This document shows, one piece after another, positions 9,020 to 19,000 of a stretch of 56,164 nucleotides of DNA. The notes beneath the pieces were generated by a model. The model was not told the DNA's origin, did not search any database, and saw only the letters and a list, made by a program, of their open reading frames with translations. This stretch comes from a virus (taxonomy: Duplodnaviria; Caudoviricetes): the IMG/VR virus record IMGVR_UViG_3300030105_002581, positions 1 to 56,164 of that record; one strand, given 5' to 3'. The translations under genes and the position numbers were made by a program. How positions within the stretch are numbered: the stretch's first letter is position 1; each line of letters starts with the position of its first letter.

Positions 9020-9280
9020 TTGGATTTTTATATTAGGATTTTGTTTGTTACTACCTTAACGGTCTTAAGCCTTACGTGGCTGACCTTCTTTTTTATGAAG
9101 ATGCTTTCTTCGTATACGGATATTGGACAAGTAACAAAGACTAAGAAGAAGAAGAAGAGTAGTATTCAAAATTCCGAAGACGACATTCCTGAATTTGCTA
9201 TTGACCAGAAGCCTCCTAAGATAGAGACTTCATTTGGAGATAATAGGATTGGGGAAGTTTATGGTGGGTCTTCCGAGTAA
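9020..9280 (+). CDS. Small single-pass membrane protein
   Basis: Hydrophobic N-terminal helix (ILFVTTLTVLSLTWLTFFFM) followed by a poly-Lys stop-transfer; TTG start with AGGA upstream. Confidence 0.55.
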   Translation: MDFYIRILFVTTLTVLSLTWLTFFFMKMLSSYTDIGQVTKTKKKKKSSIQNSEDDIPEFAIDQKPPKIETSFGDNRIGEVYGGSSE

Positions 9281-10541
9281 TTTCGAGGGTATGTCTGGAT
9301 ACAGACAACGTTTCATAGCTACTCAAGGGCCCTCAAAAAAAACGGATCCTTCTTCTCCTCCTTTTAATATAGTGACAGAAGTAAAAAAAGAACCAGTTAT
9401 TCAAGAGAACATTGAATTAGTATCGTCTGTTTATGATGGGCAGGAGATAGAATCTTATAGACCAAACTTAAAAGAGGTATTTGAAATGGATAAAGCTCCC
9501 GAAGACAACACTACCAGTACTAAGAGATGTGTAGGCCTAGATATTGGGACTGGGTTCATCTCATGTGCTGAAGAGGAAGATAGTAAGATTAAGTTCAGAA
9601 AAGTTCGAGATGCTTTCTTCAAGCTAAATCCTTCTAAGTTTCTAGAGGGTTCTGCTAATAACTTCGGTGAAGGTATGCTCAAAAACGCAGGGGCTCACTA
9701 CGTTAAGGTAGATGACCAGCTATATGTGCTAGGAGATGATGCCTTCAAGTTCGCCAATCTATTCCATCAAGAGTGTCTAAGACCTATGCACAGAGGTGTA
9801 TTGAACTCCAAGCAGCCCGTGTCTAATTTAATGGTCTCAGAACTAGTTAAAGCCGTAGCTGGAAAACCTCAGGCAGATGATGATGTACTATACTACTGTG
9901 TCCCGGCAGAGCCTATTGATGCAGAGTTTGATGTAGAGTATCACAAGCAGATTCTTAATGGTACATTCAAAGAGCTAGGATACAAGAACATTAATGTCAT
10001 GACTGAAGGCCTTGCTGTCGTTTACTCGGAACTATCCGAGACTCAATACACAGGTATCGGCATGAGCTTCGGGGCCGGAATGGTCAATATCGTTTATGCT
10101 TTCATGGGTATTCCTGTCTTTGCCTTTAGTCTTTCAAGAGGGGGAGACTGGATAGACAGTCATGCAGCCCAGCACTCTGAGGAGACAAGTAACGTAATAA
10201 CCGCTATCAAGGAGAAGGCAGACTTTAGCCTTGCTGATGATACTGCGGGTATCCAGAAAGCTATCTGTATTTATTATGATTCCTTATTAGTATATGTAGT
10301 AGAGCAGTTCAAAGAGCTTTATGCAAAGACCCCTAAGAAACAATTGCCGAACGTGACAATGGAAATGCCCCTAGTGATTGCTGGCGGTACATCCTTAATG
10401 TTAGGGTTCGTTGAGAGACTTAGAGAGCTTGTTGCTGAAGATTTTCCTGTACCAATTTCGGAAGTTAAGCATGCAGAAAACCCCTTGTTTGCTGTTTCAA
10501 ACGGACTACGTAGAGCTGCGACTCTTTCTTCTGCTGAATAG
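9261..10541 (+). CDS. Actin-fold ATPase, volactin-like
   Basis: Phosphate-1 VGLDIGTG, connect-1 EGLAVVYSEL, phosphate-2 GMSFGAGMVN, RGGDWID, adenosine VIAGGTS, connect-2 PLFAVSNGL. ATG 9261 or ATG 9486 (GAGGT SD) is more plausible than TTG 9234. Confidence 0.85.
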   Translation: MVGLPSNFEGMSGYRQRFIATQGPSKKTDPSSPPFNIVTEVKKEPVIQENIELVSSVYDGQEIESYRPNLKEVFEMDKAPEDNTTSTKRCVGLDIGTGFISCAEEEDSKIKFRKVRDAFFKLNPSKFLEGSANNFGEGMLKNAGAHYVKVDDQLYVLGDDAFKFANLFHQECLRPMHRGVLNSKQPVSNLMVSELVKAVAGKPQADDDVLYYCVPAEPIDAEFDVEYHKQILNGTFKELGYKNINVMTEGLAVVYSELSETQYTGIGMSFGAGMVNIVYAFMGIPVFAFSLSRGGDWIDSHAAQHSEETSNVITAIKEKADFSLADDTAGIQKAICIYYDSLLVYVVEQFKELYAKTPKKQLPNVTMEMPLVIAGGTSLMLGFVERLRELVAEDFPVPISEVKHAENPLFAVSNGLRRAATLSSAE

Positions 10542-10550
10542 GAAATAAGG

Positions 10551-11597
10551 ATGGATCTTCAGGAACTGGAATCTGTAGTGGCTAGGATACTAGCAGGGGT
10601 TTCTTTCTTTAAGTCTGAAGGTTCTCTATATAGAGTATTGGACTCGACCCCAGAACAGAGTGTCCTTGCTGATTATATAGTAGCAGAAGCATGTGAGGAT
10701 TTGGCATACACAAGTAATTTTATGGAAAGAATTGATGCAGAGCTCATTCATCAGAGAATGGGGACATGGACGAATCAGGATGACTTGAATATAAAGGCAT
10801 CAGAGGCTCATGTTGATGATTTAAAGATAGCCCTCTACAAGACACTAATGAGTAAGAAGAAACAGAAACAGATAAGGAAACAATTAGAAGGAGTAAGAAA
10901 GTCCCTTAGTCTAGCTTACTTTAAAAAGGATGGCATTTACGCTGGGACTCTAGAGACACATAAGAAGAACTTAAAGGATAAGTTTTTAACAGCTATAAAT
11001 ATTTCAGACTTAGCAGGAAATCATCCCTATACAGTGGAGAACTTTTGGACAGAGGATTCTTATTTGGCAAACGCAGCTACAGAAGCTGTTGCCGTAGGAT
11101 ACATCGGTCAGGATGTTATAAGGGAGGCTTCTAGGAAAAACCCTTGGAGATCTTACTGGAACGCAGCTAAGGCAGATGTTTTTTCAAAACCCTTGGCTGA
11201 AGTAGGATCTGTTCAGAGATTGATTGTAACCTTTTCTCAGATGTATGATAATGCAAGACAGCATCCTGAGTGCCCAGCGGATGATGTCTTTGATGATGAC
11301 GATGTTTTCGATGGCTGGATGTTACACGACAACAAGTTGAGAGTGAAAGAACAGAGACAGAAACAAATAGATAGCACGGTAGGCAGTAAGGGAGATGAGG
11401 TCTTCATTATGGCCAGTGATCAAGAAGAGGCTAATGAAATTTTTGATGTTAATCATGATCGTCAAAGGTTCCAAATGGGCAGAAAATTGAAACAGATTAG
11501 AGAATCAGACAGGAATTTAGATGATATTGAACTGGTTGATAATCAAGAGAAATTACAAGTAATGTCTAATCAACAAGCTAAAGACAGAAGGAAATAG
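10551..11597 (+). CDS. Hypothetical helical protein, probable tail assembly chaperone
   Basis: Between tail tube and TMP; helical and charged; motif YDNARQHPECP.DDV.DDDD.FDGW. Confidence 0.45.
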   Translation: MDLQELESVVARILAGVSFFKSEGSLYRVLDSTPEQSVLADYIVAEACEDLAYTSNFMERIDAELIHQRMGTWTNQDDLNIKASEAHVDDLKIALYKTLMSKKKQKQIRKQLEGVRKSLSLAYFKKDGIYAGTLETHKKNLKDKFLTAINISDLAGNHPYTVENFWTEDSYLANAATEAVAVGYIGQDVIREASRKNPWRSYWNAAKADVFSKPLAEVGSVQRLIVTFSQMYDNARQHPECPADDVFDDDDVFDGWMLHDNKLRVKEQRQKQIDSTVGSKGDEVFIMASDQEEANEIFDVNHDRQRFQMGRKLKQIRESDRNLDDIELVDNQEKLQVMSNQQAKDRRK

Positions 11598-11599
11598 AT

Positions 11600-11971
11600 A
11601 TGAAGGAGTTTAAGTCAAGTGGAGGATTGCCTCATAAGGACTCTGAACGTTACAGGGATGTCTCAAAAAAGAGGCTTCTTAATAACATAAAGAAGAAATT
11701 TAATACAACTATTATTGGATCCCTAGCAGCCTTCGAAGAGTTATTCGGAGACTTGTGGGGTCATGGGACTGAGTATGAAGACCTAGATGAAGACCAAAAA
11801 TATTGGAGAGATATCTGGTTGGATGCAAGAACCCAAATACTAGATGCTGGAAACTCCAACGCAAGAGCCGCACAGAGCGAAATCTCTGAGTACTCTCTGA
11901 GTTGGAATAAATACGTTACTAATTTTGTTGTTGTCAACAAGGATAATCAGGAGAACAGAGATGGCCGATAA
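11600..11971 (+). CDS. Hypothetical protein in the tail module
   Basis: Tiles tightly between neighbours; Trp-rich helical core. Confidence 0.6.
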   Translation: MKEFKSSGGLPHKDSERYRDVSKKRLLNNIKKKFNTTIIGSLAAFEELFGDLWGHGTEYEDLDEDQKYWRDIWLDARTQILDAGNSNARAAQSEISEYSLSWNKYVTNFVVVNKDNQENRDGR

Positions 11972-12962
11972 GGAAAAACAAGTGAACGATGGTACTAAAA
12001 GAGTTTTTGAAGTTGATGGGGTCACCTATGCTGTGAAGAGACCTAGCGTTGCAGACATCCGACTTGCGGATGAACGTAGATCTTCTTCGTTTAATAGAGC
12101 TCTTCAGCGAGGAGACTTGCTTCGTGAACAGCTTGATACAGAGCTTAGAAAGCGAGAGCTTTGGAACGATGCTCGTGAGGATGAGTATCAGGGTCTACGT
12201 AACAAGGTTATCGACGACAAGTACAAACTGGAAAAAGGTGGTATCAAACTAACCGAAGCCAAGGATGTCGCTCTAGAAATGTCCGACGCTAGAGCTAATA
12301 TGGTCGAAATGCTAGGTAGCAGGTCTGAATTAGACTCTAATACCTGTGAGGGTAAAGCCGACTCAGCTCGTTTTAACTCGCTCTTTTCTTCCTGCTTGGT
12401 GTATAATGAGTCAGGAGAAGTATACTTTTCGGGTGGGCTAGACGAATACCTAGAGAAACAAGAAGATGCAGTTGCCTCAAAAGGGGCCACTGAGTTTTAT
12501 TACCTTATTTCTGGAAGTGAGAATTTAGATGAACAACTCCCAGAGACGAAGTTCCTTAAGAAGTTTAAGTTTGTAGACGACAGTAGTCGCCTTATTGACA
12601 AAGACGGTCGCTTGATTACCAGAGAAGGTAAGCATATTGACGAATTTGGGAACTATATCGAATGGAAAGAAGACGGATCTTCGATTACTGTTGACATGAA
12701 GCAGAGAGAGCTTTCTGAAGACGGTAGCTTTAGTGTTGAATTTAGTCCCTTTTTGGATGATGCAGGAGAGCCTATTGAAGAAGAAGTTGAAGAAGCCCCT
12801 GTTAAAAAGAAACCCACCAAGAAAAGAAAGACCAAGGCTAAGAAAGAAGCAGTAGAAGTAGTAGCAGAAGACGCAGTAGAAGAAGAGGCAGTGGATGCCG
12901 AACCTGAAGCTGACGTTGAAGCTGATGCCGAAACTGAGTCTGGAGAGTCAGAGTCAGAATAA
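11961..12962 (+). CDS. Probable tail assembly chaperone with acidic low-complexity C-terminus
   Basis: Start re-called to ATG 11961 (AGGAG SD). Directly upstream of the TMP and followed by a hairpin. Confidence 0.5.
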   Translation: MADKEKQVNDGTKRVFEVDGVTYAVKRPSVADIRLADERRSSSFNRALQRGDLLREQLDTELRKRELWNDAREDEYQGLRNKVIDDKYKLEKGGIKLTEAKDVALEMSDARANMVEMLGSRSELDSNTCEGKADSARFNSLFSSCLVYNESGEVYFSGGLDEYLEKQEDAVASKGATEFYYLISGSENLDEQLPETKFLKKFKFVDDSSRLIDKDGRLITREGKHIDEFGNYIEWKEDGSSITVDMKQRELSEDGSFSVEFSPFLDDAGEPIEEEVEEAPVKKKPTKKRKTKAKKEAVEVVAEDAVEEEAVDAEPEADVEADAETESGESESE

Positions 12963-12973
12963 TAAACCGGGAG

Positions 12974-13017
12974 AAGCGATTATATTGTCTGTAGCAGTAT
13001 AGTCGCTTTATCTTTTT
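12974..13017 (+). terminator. Intrinsic terminator/attenuator before the tape measure gene
   Basis: 14-bp stem AAGCGATTATATTG / CAGTATAGTCGCTT (two G-U pairs valid on +), then TATCTTTTT. Confidence 0.65.
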
Positions 13018-13033
13018 ATAGAGAATAAAAAAT

Positions 13034-16000
13034 ATGGCGTTCAACATAAATGCTCAAGTTATCCTTTCTGGGCCTAAAAACCTTTCTGCTATTACTAGCA
13101 CGATCAAGAAACAACTTAGTAATGTAAATGTTAACGTTAATATAAACATCCCGAAGAATGTACTGAAACAGATACAGACCCTTAACACCAGTCTAGCTAC
13201 TACAACTTCCCAGACCAAGAAGCTCAACTCTGCCGCTCAGAGCACAGGAGCTAGTGTCAATAGTATGGGTAAAAGTGCCGCCTCGGCAGGCAATAGCATG
13301 CAACGGCTGGGAGTGGAGACTGCTAAGACCTTTAAGAGGTTTGCTGCTGCCGGTATTGTAACTGCTACGTTCTTCAAGCTAACTAGAGCTATCTCCTCTG
13401 CTGTCCCTAAGGCCTTAGAGCTTCAGACTCAGATGACGAGATTGCAGCAGGTTACTGGGAAAAGTAGAGCAGAGCTTGACGGCCTTGCTAAGAGTGTGGA
13501 TAAGTTATCTGTCAGTCTTGGTATCGATGCTAATGAGCTTACTAATATTGCAAGAATCTTTGCACAGACTGGGCAGAACCTACGTCAGGTAGAGGCTTCT
13601 ATGAGGGCTGTAGCTAAGGCTTCCTTGGCTCCTACTTTTGGTACTATGGAGCAGACCGCAGAAGGTCTTATTGCTTCCCTCAATCAGTTCAATCTTACAG
13701 CCTCTCAGTCAGAGGAAGTACTTGGCTCTTTGAATAATGTCTCTAAAAAGTTCGCTGTAGAGTCAGGTGACCTTGTTACTGCGATACGTAAGACTGGTGC
13801 TGTCTTTGCTCTTGGGGCTGGAGAGATACAAAAACCTATAGATGCATTGCATCAATTTAATGCTATCTTTACTTCTGTTCGTGCAACTACTCGTGAGTCT
13901 GCCGATACTATTGCTGCTGGTTTAAAGACTATCTTTAGTAGAATTCAGCGTCGTAGTAGTATTGAGGCACTTGATCAATTAGGCATAAAGCTTGTGGACG
14001 TAAAGGGCAAGTTTATAGGTTTATATCCAGCACTTCAAGAGATAGGAAAGCGACTTGAGGGCGTTTTTGCGTCAGGTGACTCCCTTGCCCTCTCAGCGAT
14101 CACTGAAGAGCTTGGTGGTATTCGGCAGGTAGGTAAGCTTATCCCCGCTATCAAGGAGTACAAGAAGGCTCAGCAGGCTTTAGAGGCATCTAAGGCAGGA
14201 GCCCTTCAAGGTCTTGACCCGGACGTATCACTAGGTCTCCTAACGATGGCTAAGTCTTTAGATCAAGTCAAGGCTAGTTTCCAGAGCCTTGTAAATACTA
14301 TCTCGGAATCTAAGACTTTTCAAGTCATGATAAAGGGAGTCACCTTCTTAGCCAATACCTTGCTTAAGATGGCTGATAATCTCACGGCAATACTTCCAGT
14401 CCTTGCTGCCTTTGCTGCAATTAAGTTGGCTGGTGCTGCTACTCAGTTCGGAAAGGGCTTTCTTGGTTCTTTTGGAGCAGGAGGAGGAGTAAAGTCTGCA
14501 GGGTCTACTCTGGGGAGTAAGGCTACTGGGGGAGGAGCTAAGGCTCAGCTCTCTTCAAGTAAGGCTCTTGCTGTCGCTACTAAAGGTCTTGATGTAACGA
14601 ACAAGCTATTATTAGCAGCTACCAAGGAACAAACAGGGGCAACGGGAGTCCTAACAGCGAAAATGAATGAGGTACAAGTCGGAGTAAAGCTCTTATCTAC
14701 TGCGATTAACAAGCTGGCAGTTCAGGTTGCAAGGGCTCCTATCGGATTCCCTAGAGGAGGAGGAGGAGGACGAGGGGGACGACCTAGAGGGTTTGCTCAT
14801 GGAGGGATAGTCCCCGGAACTGGCAACGGAGATACTGTTGAGGCTATGTTGACTCCGGGAGAGTTCGTTCTTACAACAGATGCTGTTGACGCTATCGGTG
14901 CTGGAAATCTAGAGAATATGCAAAGACAAGGTTTCGCGAAGGGTGGCTCAGTCGTAGGAAATATAGGTTCTGACTTTGGTCTTTCTGTCTTTAAGAAAAC
15001 AGATGTGACGAGTGGAAAGACACTAGCAAAAGAAGGAGTTCTTGTTTCTGCACTCTCCAAGGATAAAAAGATCAAGGGTATCTTAACCAGTGCTTTGCAG
15101 AAACAAATCGCAAACACAGGTAAGGACACAGAAGTATCCGTGTCTTCTCTTTCTGATAATGAGGCTATACCCGCTAGTCTAGCAGAGGATGTGGCTAAAA
15201 TAGGAGGATTACCAAATAAGACTGCGGCAAGAGCCCTTAAGGGAAGTGACTTAAAGTCTGGTGGTCGGTACGCAGCTAAGTTTAAAAATAAGTCACTAAT
15301 TAAGAAGGCAGCTGGGTTCCCTGCCGCTGCTAGAATAACCGCCACCAAGATGTCTTTTGGCTCTCTTAGTGAGGAATCTGGTGAGGTATTTGACGATAAA
15401 ATAACTGGAGGTATCCCCAAACTATTTGGAGAGGCATTAGATGGGTTTACGGGAGAGCTTAAATTAGGAGAGGACAAGGTAAAATTAGAGGACTTGCTAT
15501 CTAACAGTGGAATAGGCTCCCTTAAGGGCCAGCTATTCGAAGCTTTTGTAAGAAACGTTGGAGGTCAGGTAGTCAAGGATGAGGACAAGAAGAAGGATGA
15601 TATTTTTGACTTCAGAGCGGGAGACTCTGCAGGAAGTCTAGATACGTACAAACAATTGTTTGGTAGTGGATTCAAGCTTCCAAATGAAGTTAAGGTAAGT
15701 AGTAGTGCTGATTCTGTTACTTCAGCTGTAGGAAAGGCAGTGAAAGAATTCGGGGCCAGTAATATCCAGTTGAATCCTAAAAAGTTTGCTGCAGGAGGGA
15801 AGGTAGACTCAGTACCATCCCTGCTTACTCCGGGAGAATTTGTTTTCAACCCAGAGGCCGTTAAGAGCATAGGCCTTAACAATCTAGAAGAGATGAATAA
15901 GCAGAAGCCTGAGAAGTTCGCTAGAGGAGGAAGAGTTAAAGGAGCCGCCATCCAGAAGTTTGGAGCTGGAGGTAAGGTGGCAGGTGCAGGTTTTGCATTG

Positions 16001-19000
16001 CAGTCATTGGGTCTCATTCCAGAAGAAATTGAGGGTGTTGTAGGCAGTCTTACGACTCTTTCTTTTGCTCTAGATACGATGGGTCTTGACGTAGGAAAGA
16101 TAGTCTCGGCATCCAAGTCTCTTGACGTTAAATCTTTCAAAAATTTGTCGAAGAGCGTAAAAGATTTAATCAAGAGTGCCAAGTCTCAAATCCCTGTTAT
16201 GGGGAAGATGGGTCAGTTACGAGTTGATGCTGCTAATACCCTTAAGCAGTCTCAGGTAGCTCAGGCTACGTATACTAAATCAGTGCAGCATCAGGCTAAA
16301 CAAGCAGCCAAAGTAGCTCGCATCCAAGCTCAGGTAGCTCAGGATACTACAAATGTAGCCACTACAAAAGCAAAACTTTCCAGCTCCAAGATCACTGCGA
16401 AATTTGGAGGAAAGCAAGGTGCTTCTGCTGTGTCTGGAGCCAAGAGGAACGCGAAGTTAGCCGCAGACAGTCTAAAACATTCCCAGAATCAGCTTAAGGG
16501 GGCTACTCGGGCTCTTGAAGGAATGACCACACAAGTAGCAAAGAATTCTACTAAGCTTACTGCGGCATCAAAGACAGCCACTAGGTTTGGTACAGCTCTA
16601 AAGGGTGGTGCTAAGTTAGCAAAAAGCATGAAGGGTGGATTAGCAGCCATTGTTGCATCTCTTGCTGCAGATCCTATCGGGGGTTTTGTTAAGAATCTTC
16701 TAGACTCCACATCCGGTTTCGAAAAGAAAGATCTAGGAGAAGGGATAACGGGATTCACCGACGCTAGTGGGGGGGCAGCTAGTTTGGGCGATGTTGAATT
16801 CAACGCGGCAATAGGCGGGATGACATCTGGAGCTATCCAAGGAGCTGCAGCATTGTATTTCTTAGGGCCTGTTGGAATAGCGGCAGGTGCTGTGGCAGGC
16901 GCTCTTATTGGAATGGTCTCAGCTTCTCAGGATGCTATGTTTGCTCAAAGAGAATTTTCCAGTACTTTAAGGGCTCAAGATGGAATAGCTGCATTAGATA
17001 AAGGACTTCTTGACTTGGCTGATACTACGAGCCTAACAGCAGATCAGATGGCTCGGTTAGCAGAACAGTCCCAGAATCAAGACAAGGGAGTGCAAGGAGC
17101 AATCACTTCCTCTATCGAGAAGTCTACTGCTGTTAATAAGTTAGGACTCGGAACTCAATTTGGATTGGATGAATTCGGAACGGAGGGGGCTAAATCCGAT
17201 GCTATAAGTACACGGGTAGGGGAGGGCTTTGATGAGGGCTTCTTCAATGGGCTAGGTAAAGGTCTTTCCTCTATTGCAGGGAGAGGAGTCTCGCTTCTGG
17301 ACAATGATGAAAACTTCAACCAAGCCAGAGCTAAGCTTGAGAATGATGCTATAGTTCAGCAATCTAAAAACATAAATGAAGGGGTAGAGAAACAAAGGAA
17401 CGTTCTAGGTAGGGATCTTGGGGCTAATAGCGCAGTCGCAGCTTCCGACAAGGTGGTAGCTAGTGCCGTGGCATCACAAAATAATGCTTCGTTAGAGAGT
17501 CTTGGTAAGGAGAAAAGCTTCGAGGTAGATTCTGATGGGGTGACCCAGTATATAGGTGCTCTTGGTAGTCTTACGAAACAAATGGGGGCAGCAGAAGCGT
17601 CTGCCCTAAAGAACGCTGCTGCATTGGCTAGGGGAGCATCGCTTCGATTAAAACTTGCTGACGCGGCTACTAACGGAGGAATTAGGGCCAAAAAGGTACA
17701 AAGGTCTTTCGAAATAATGGCAGATAGTGTCGGTGGTGCTGGCAATTTAGCGAATAAGTCTGCAGAAGAGCTAACTGCGCTTCAAAAGGAGCTCGGATTA
17801 ACAACGGCACAAGAATTTGAATACTCAGAAGCTGTTATAACACACCTTCAGAATGCGAAAATAGCACAAGACAGTGAAATTAGGGCTGCTCAAGCAATGC
17901 AAATAGTGGCAAACAACGCAGCCTTAGCTCAGAACAGGTTAGATGCCTTAGCAGCAGCTATGGTTGAGCTTGGAGCGGGAGCGGGATTTGCTACGGCGCA
18001 ACTAGCGGCACAACGGCAGGGCATAAGCGCTGACGTTTCAGAGGGTCTCTCTGGCAAATCAACCGTAAGGGCAGTGAAGGAAATTAACCCATTCACCAAC
18101 GTACAGGGTGCCACTTCTGAATCTCTAGAGCAGGGCTTTAATAGGGTCAAGGACGTTGAAGGTGGAACGGCACTTTCCTCAGGTTTAGAAACAACAGTGG
18201 ATCTTCAGAAACAACTTCCGGGAATCTTTAGGGATATTATAGGGTCATCACAAACGGACGGTGGTTTCGAAAATGTTGAATCCTTAATTGACAAGGTTAA
18301 AGAATCCTTTCCTGACTTTGATAAGCTCCCTAAGGAGATTCAAGACTCCCTAACTACATCTATCAAAGACTCTGCTAGTTCGTCCGGTGGAGATCTTAAG
18401 TCTACTTCCGGCCTCGAAAAAGCCCTCAAGGGTGGAGAAGTGGATAAGGCTCTTGGAGAGGCAGCTCAGAAGAGTGCTGACGGCTTGTCCAAGATGATAG
18501 ATTCTCTTGACGCTGTAAATGACGCCAACTACAAGGCCGCAGATATTAGAAGGCAAATTTCCGAAAGAGAACAGCAAGGGGCTCTAAAGAGTATCGAGAT
18601 ATCCAAGAGGGCTAGTGATGCATTAGATTCTGTTGCTCAGAAACCTCAGTTTGCTACAAATAACTTGACGAAGGCTAGGAAGAGCTTTGATGAAAAGGCA
18701 ACTGCTATAAGGGGTGGTAATACAGATAGTCTCTCTGACCTTAAAGATAGTACCGCATATCAGAGGAGATTTGCTAATAATCAAGCCAACGGTCGTATAG
18801 GTATAGGTTTCGGAGATCTCTATGGTAGTGGTGCAGAGAGAGGGGCTGAGGATACTGCTGTGACTTTACTCAGAGATGCTACTGGTGCTCCGATTTCCAG
18901 TATCGGGGCCAGTACCCCGGGAATCACGAATGAGGGAGATCCAGAACAAAGAAGAGCACAGGCCAAAGCTGCCTCTGAAAACATAACCAAACTCACTTCT

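Noticed and set aside
9234-9280. Lambda G/GT-type programmed -1 frameshift joining ORF 9020 to the actin ORF
   Set aside because: The frames differ by +1, there is no XXXYYYZ heptamer in the overlap, and the downstream ORF has its own plausible starts.
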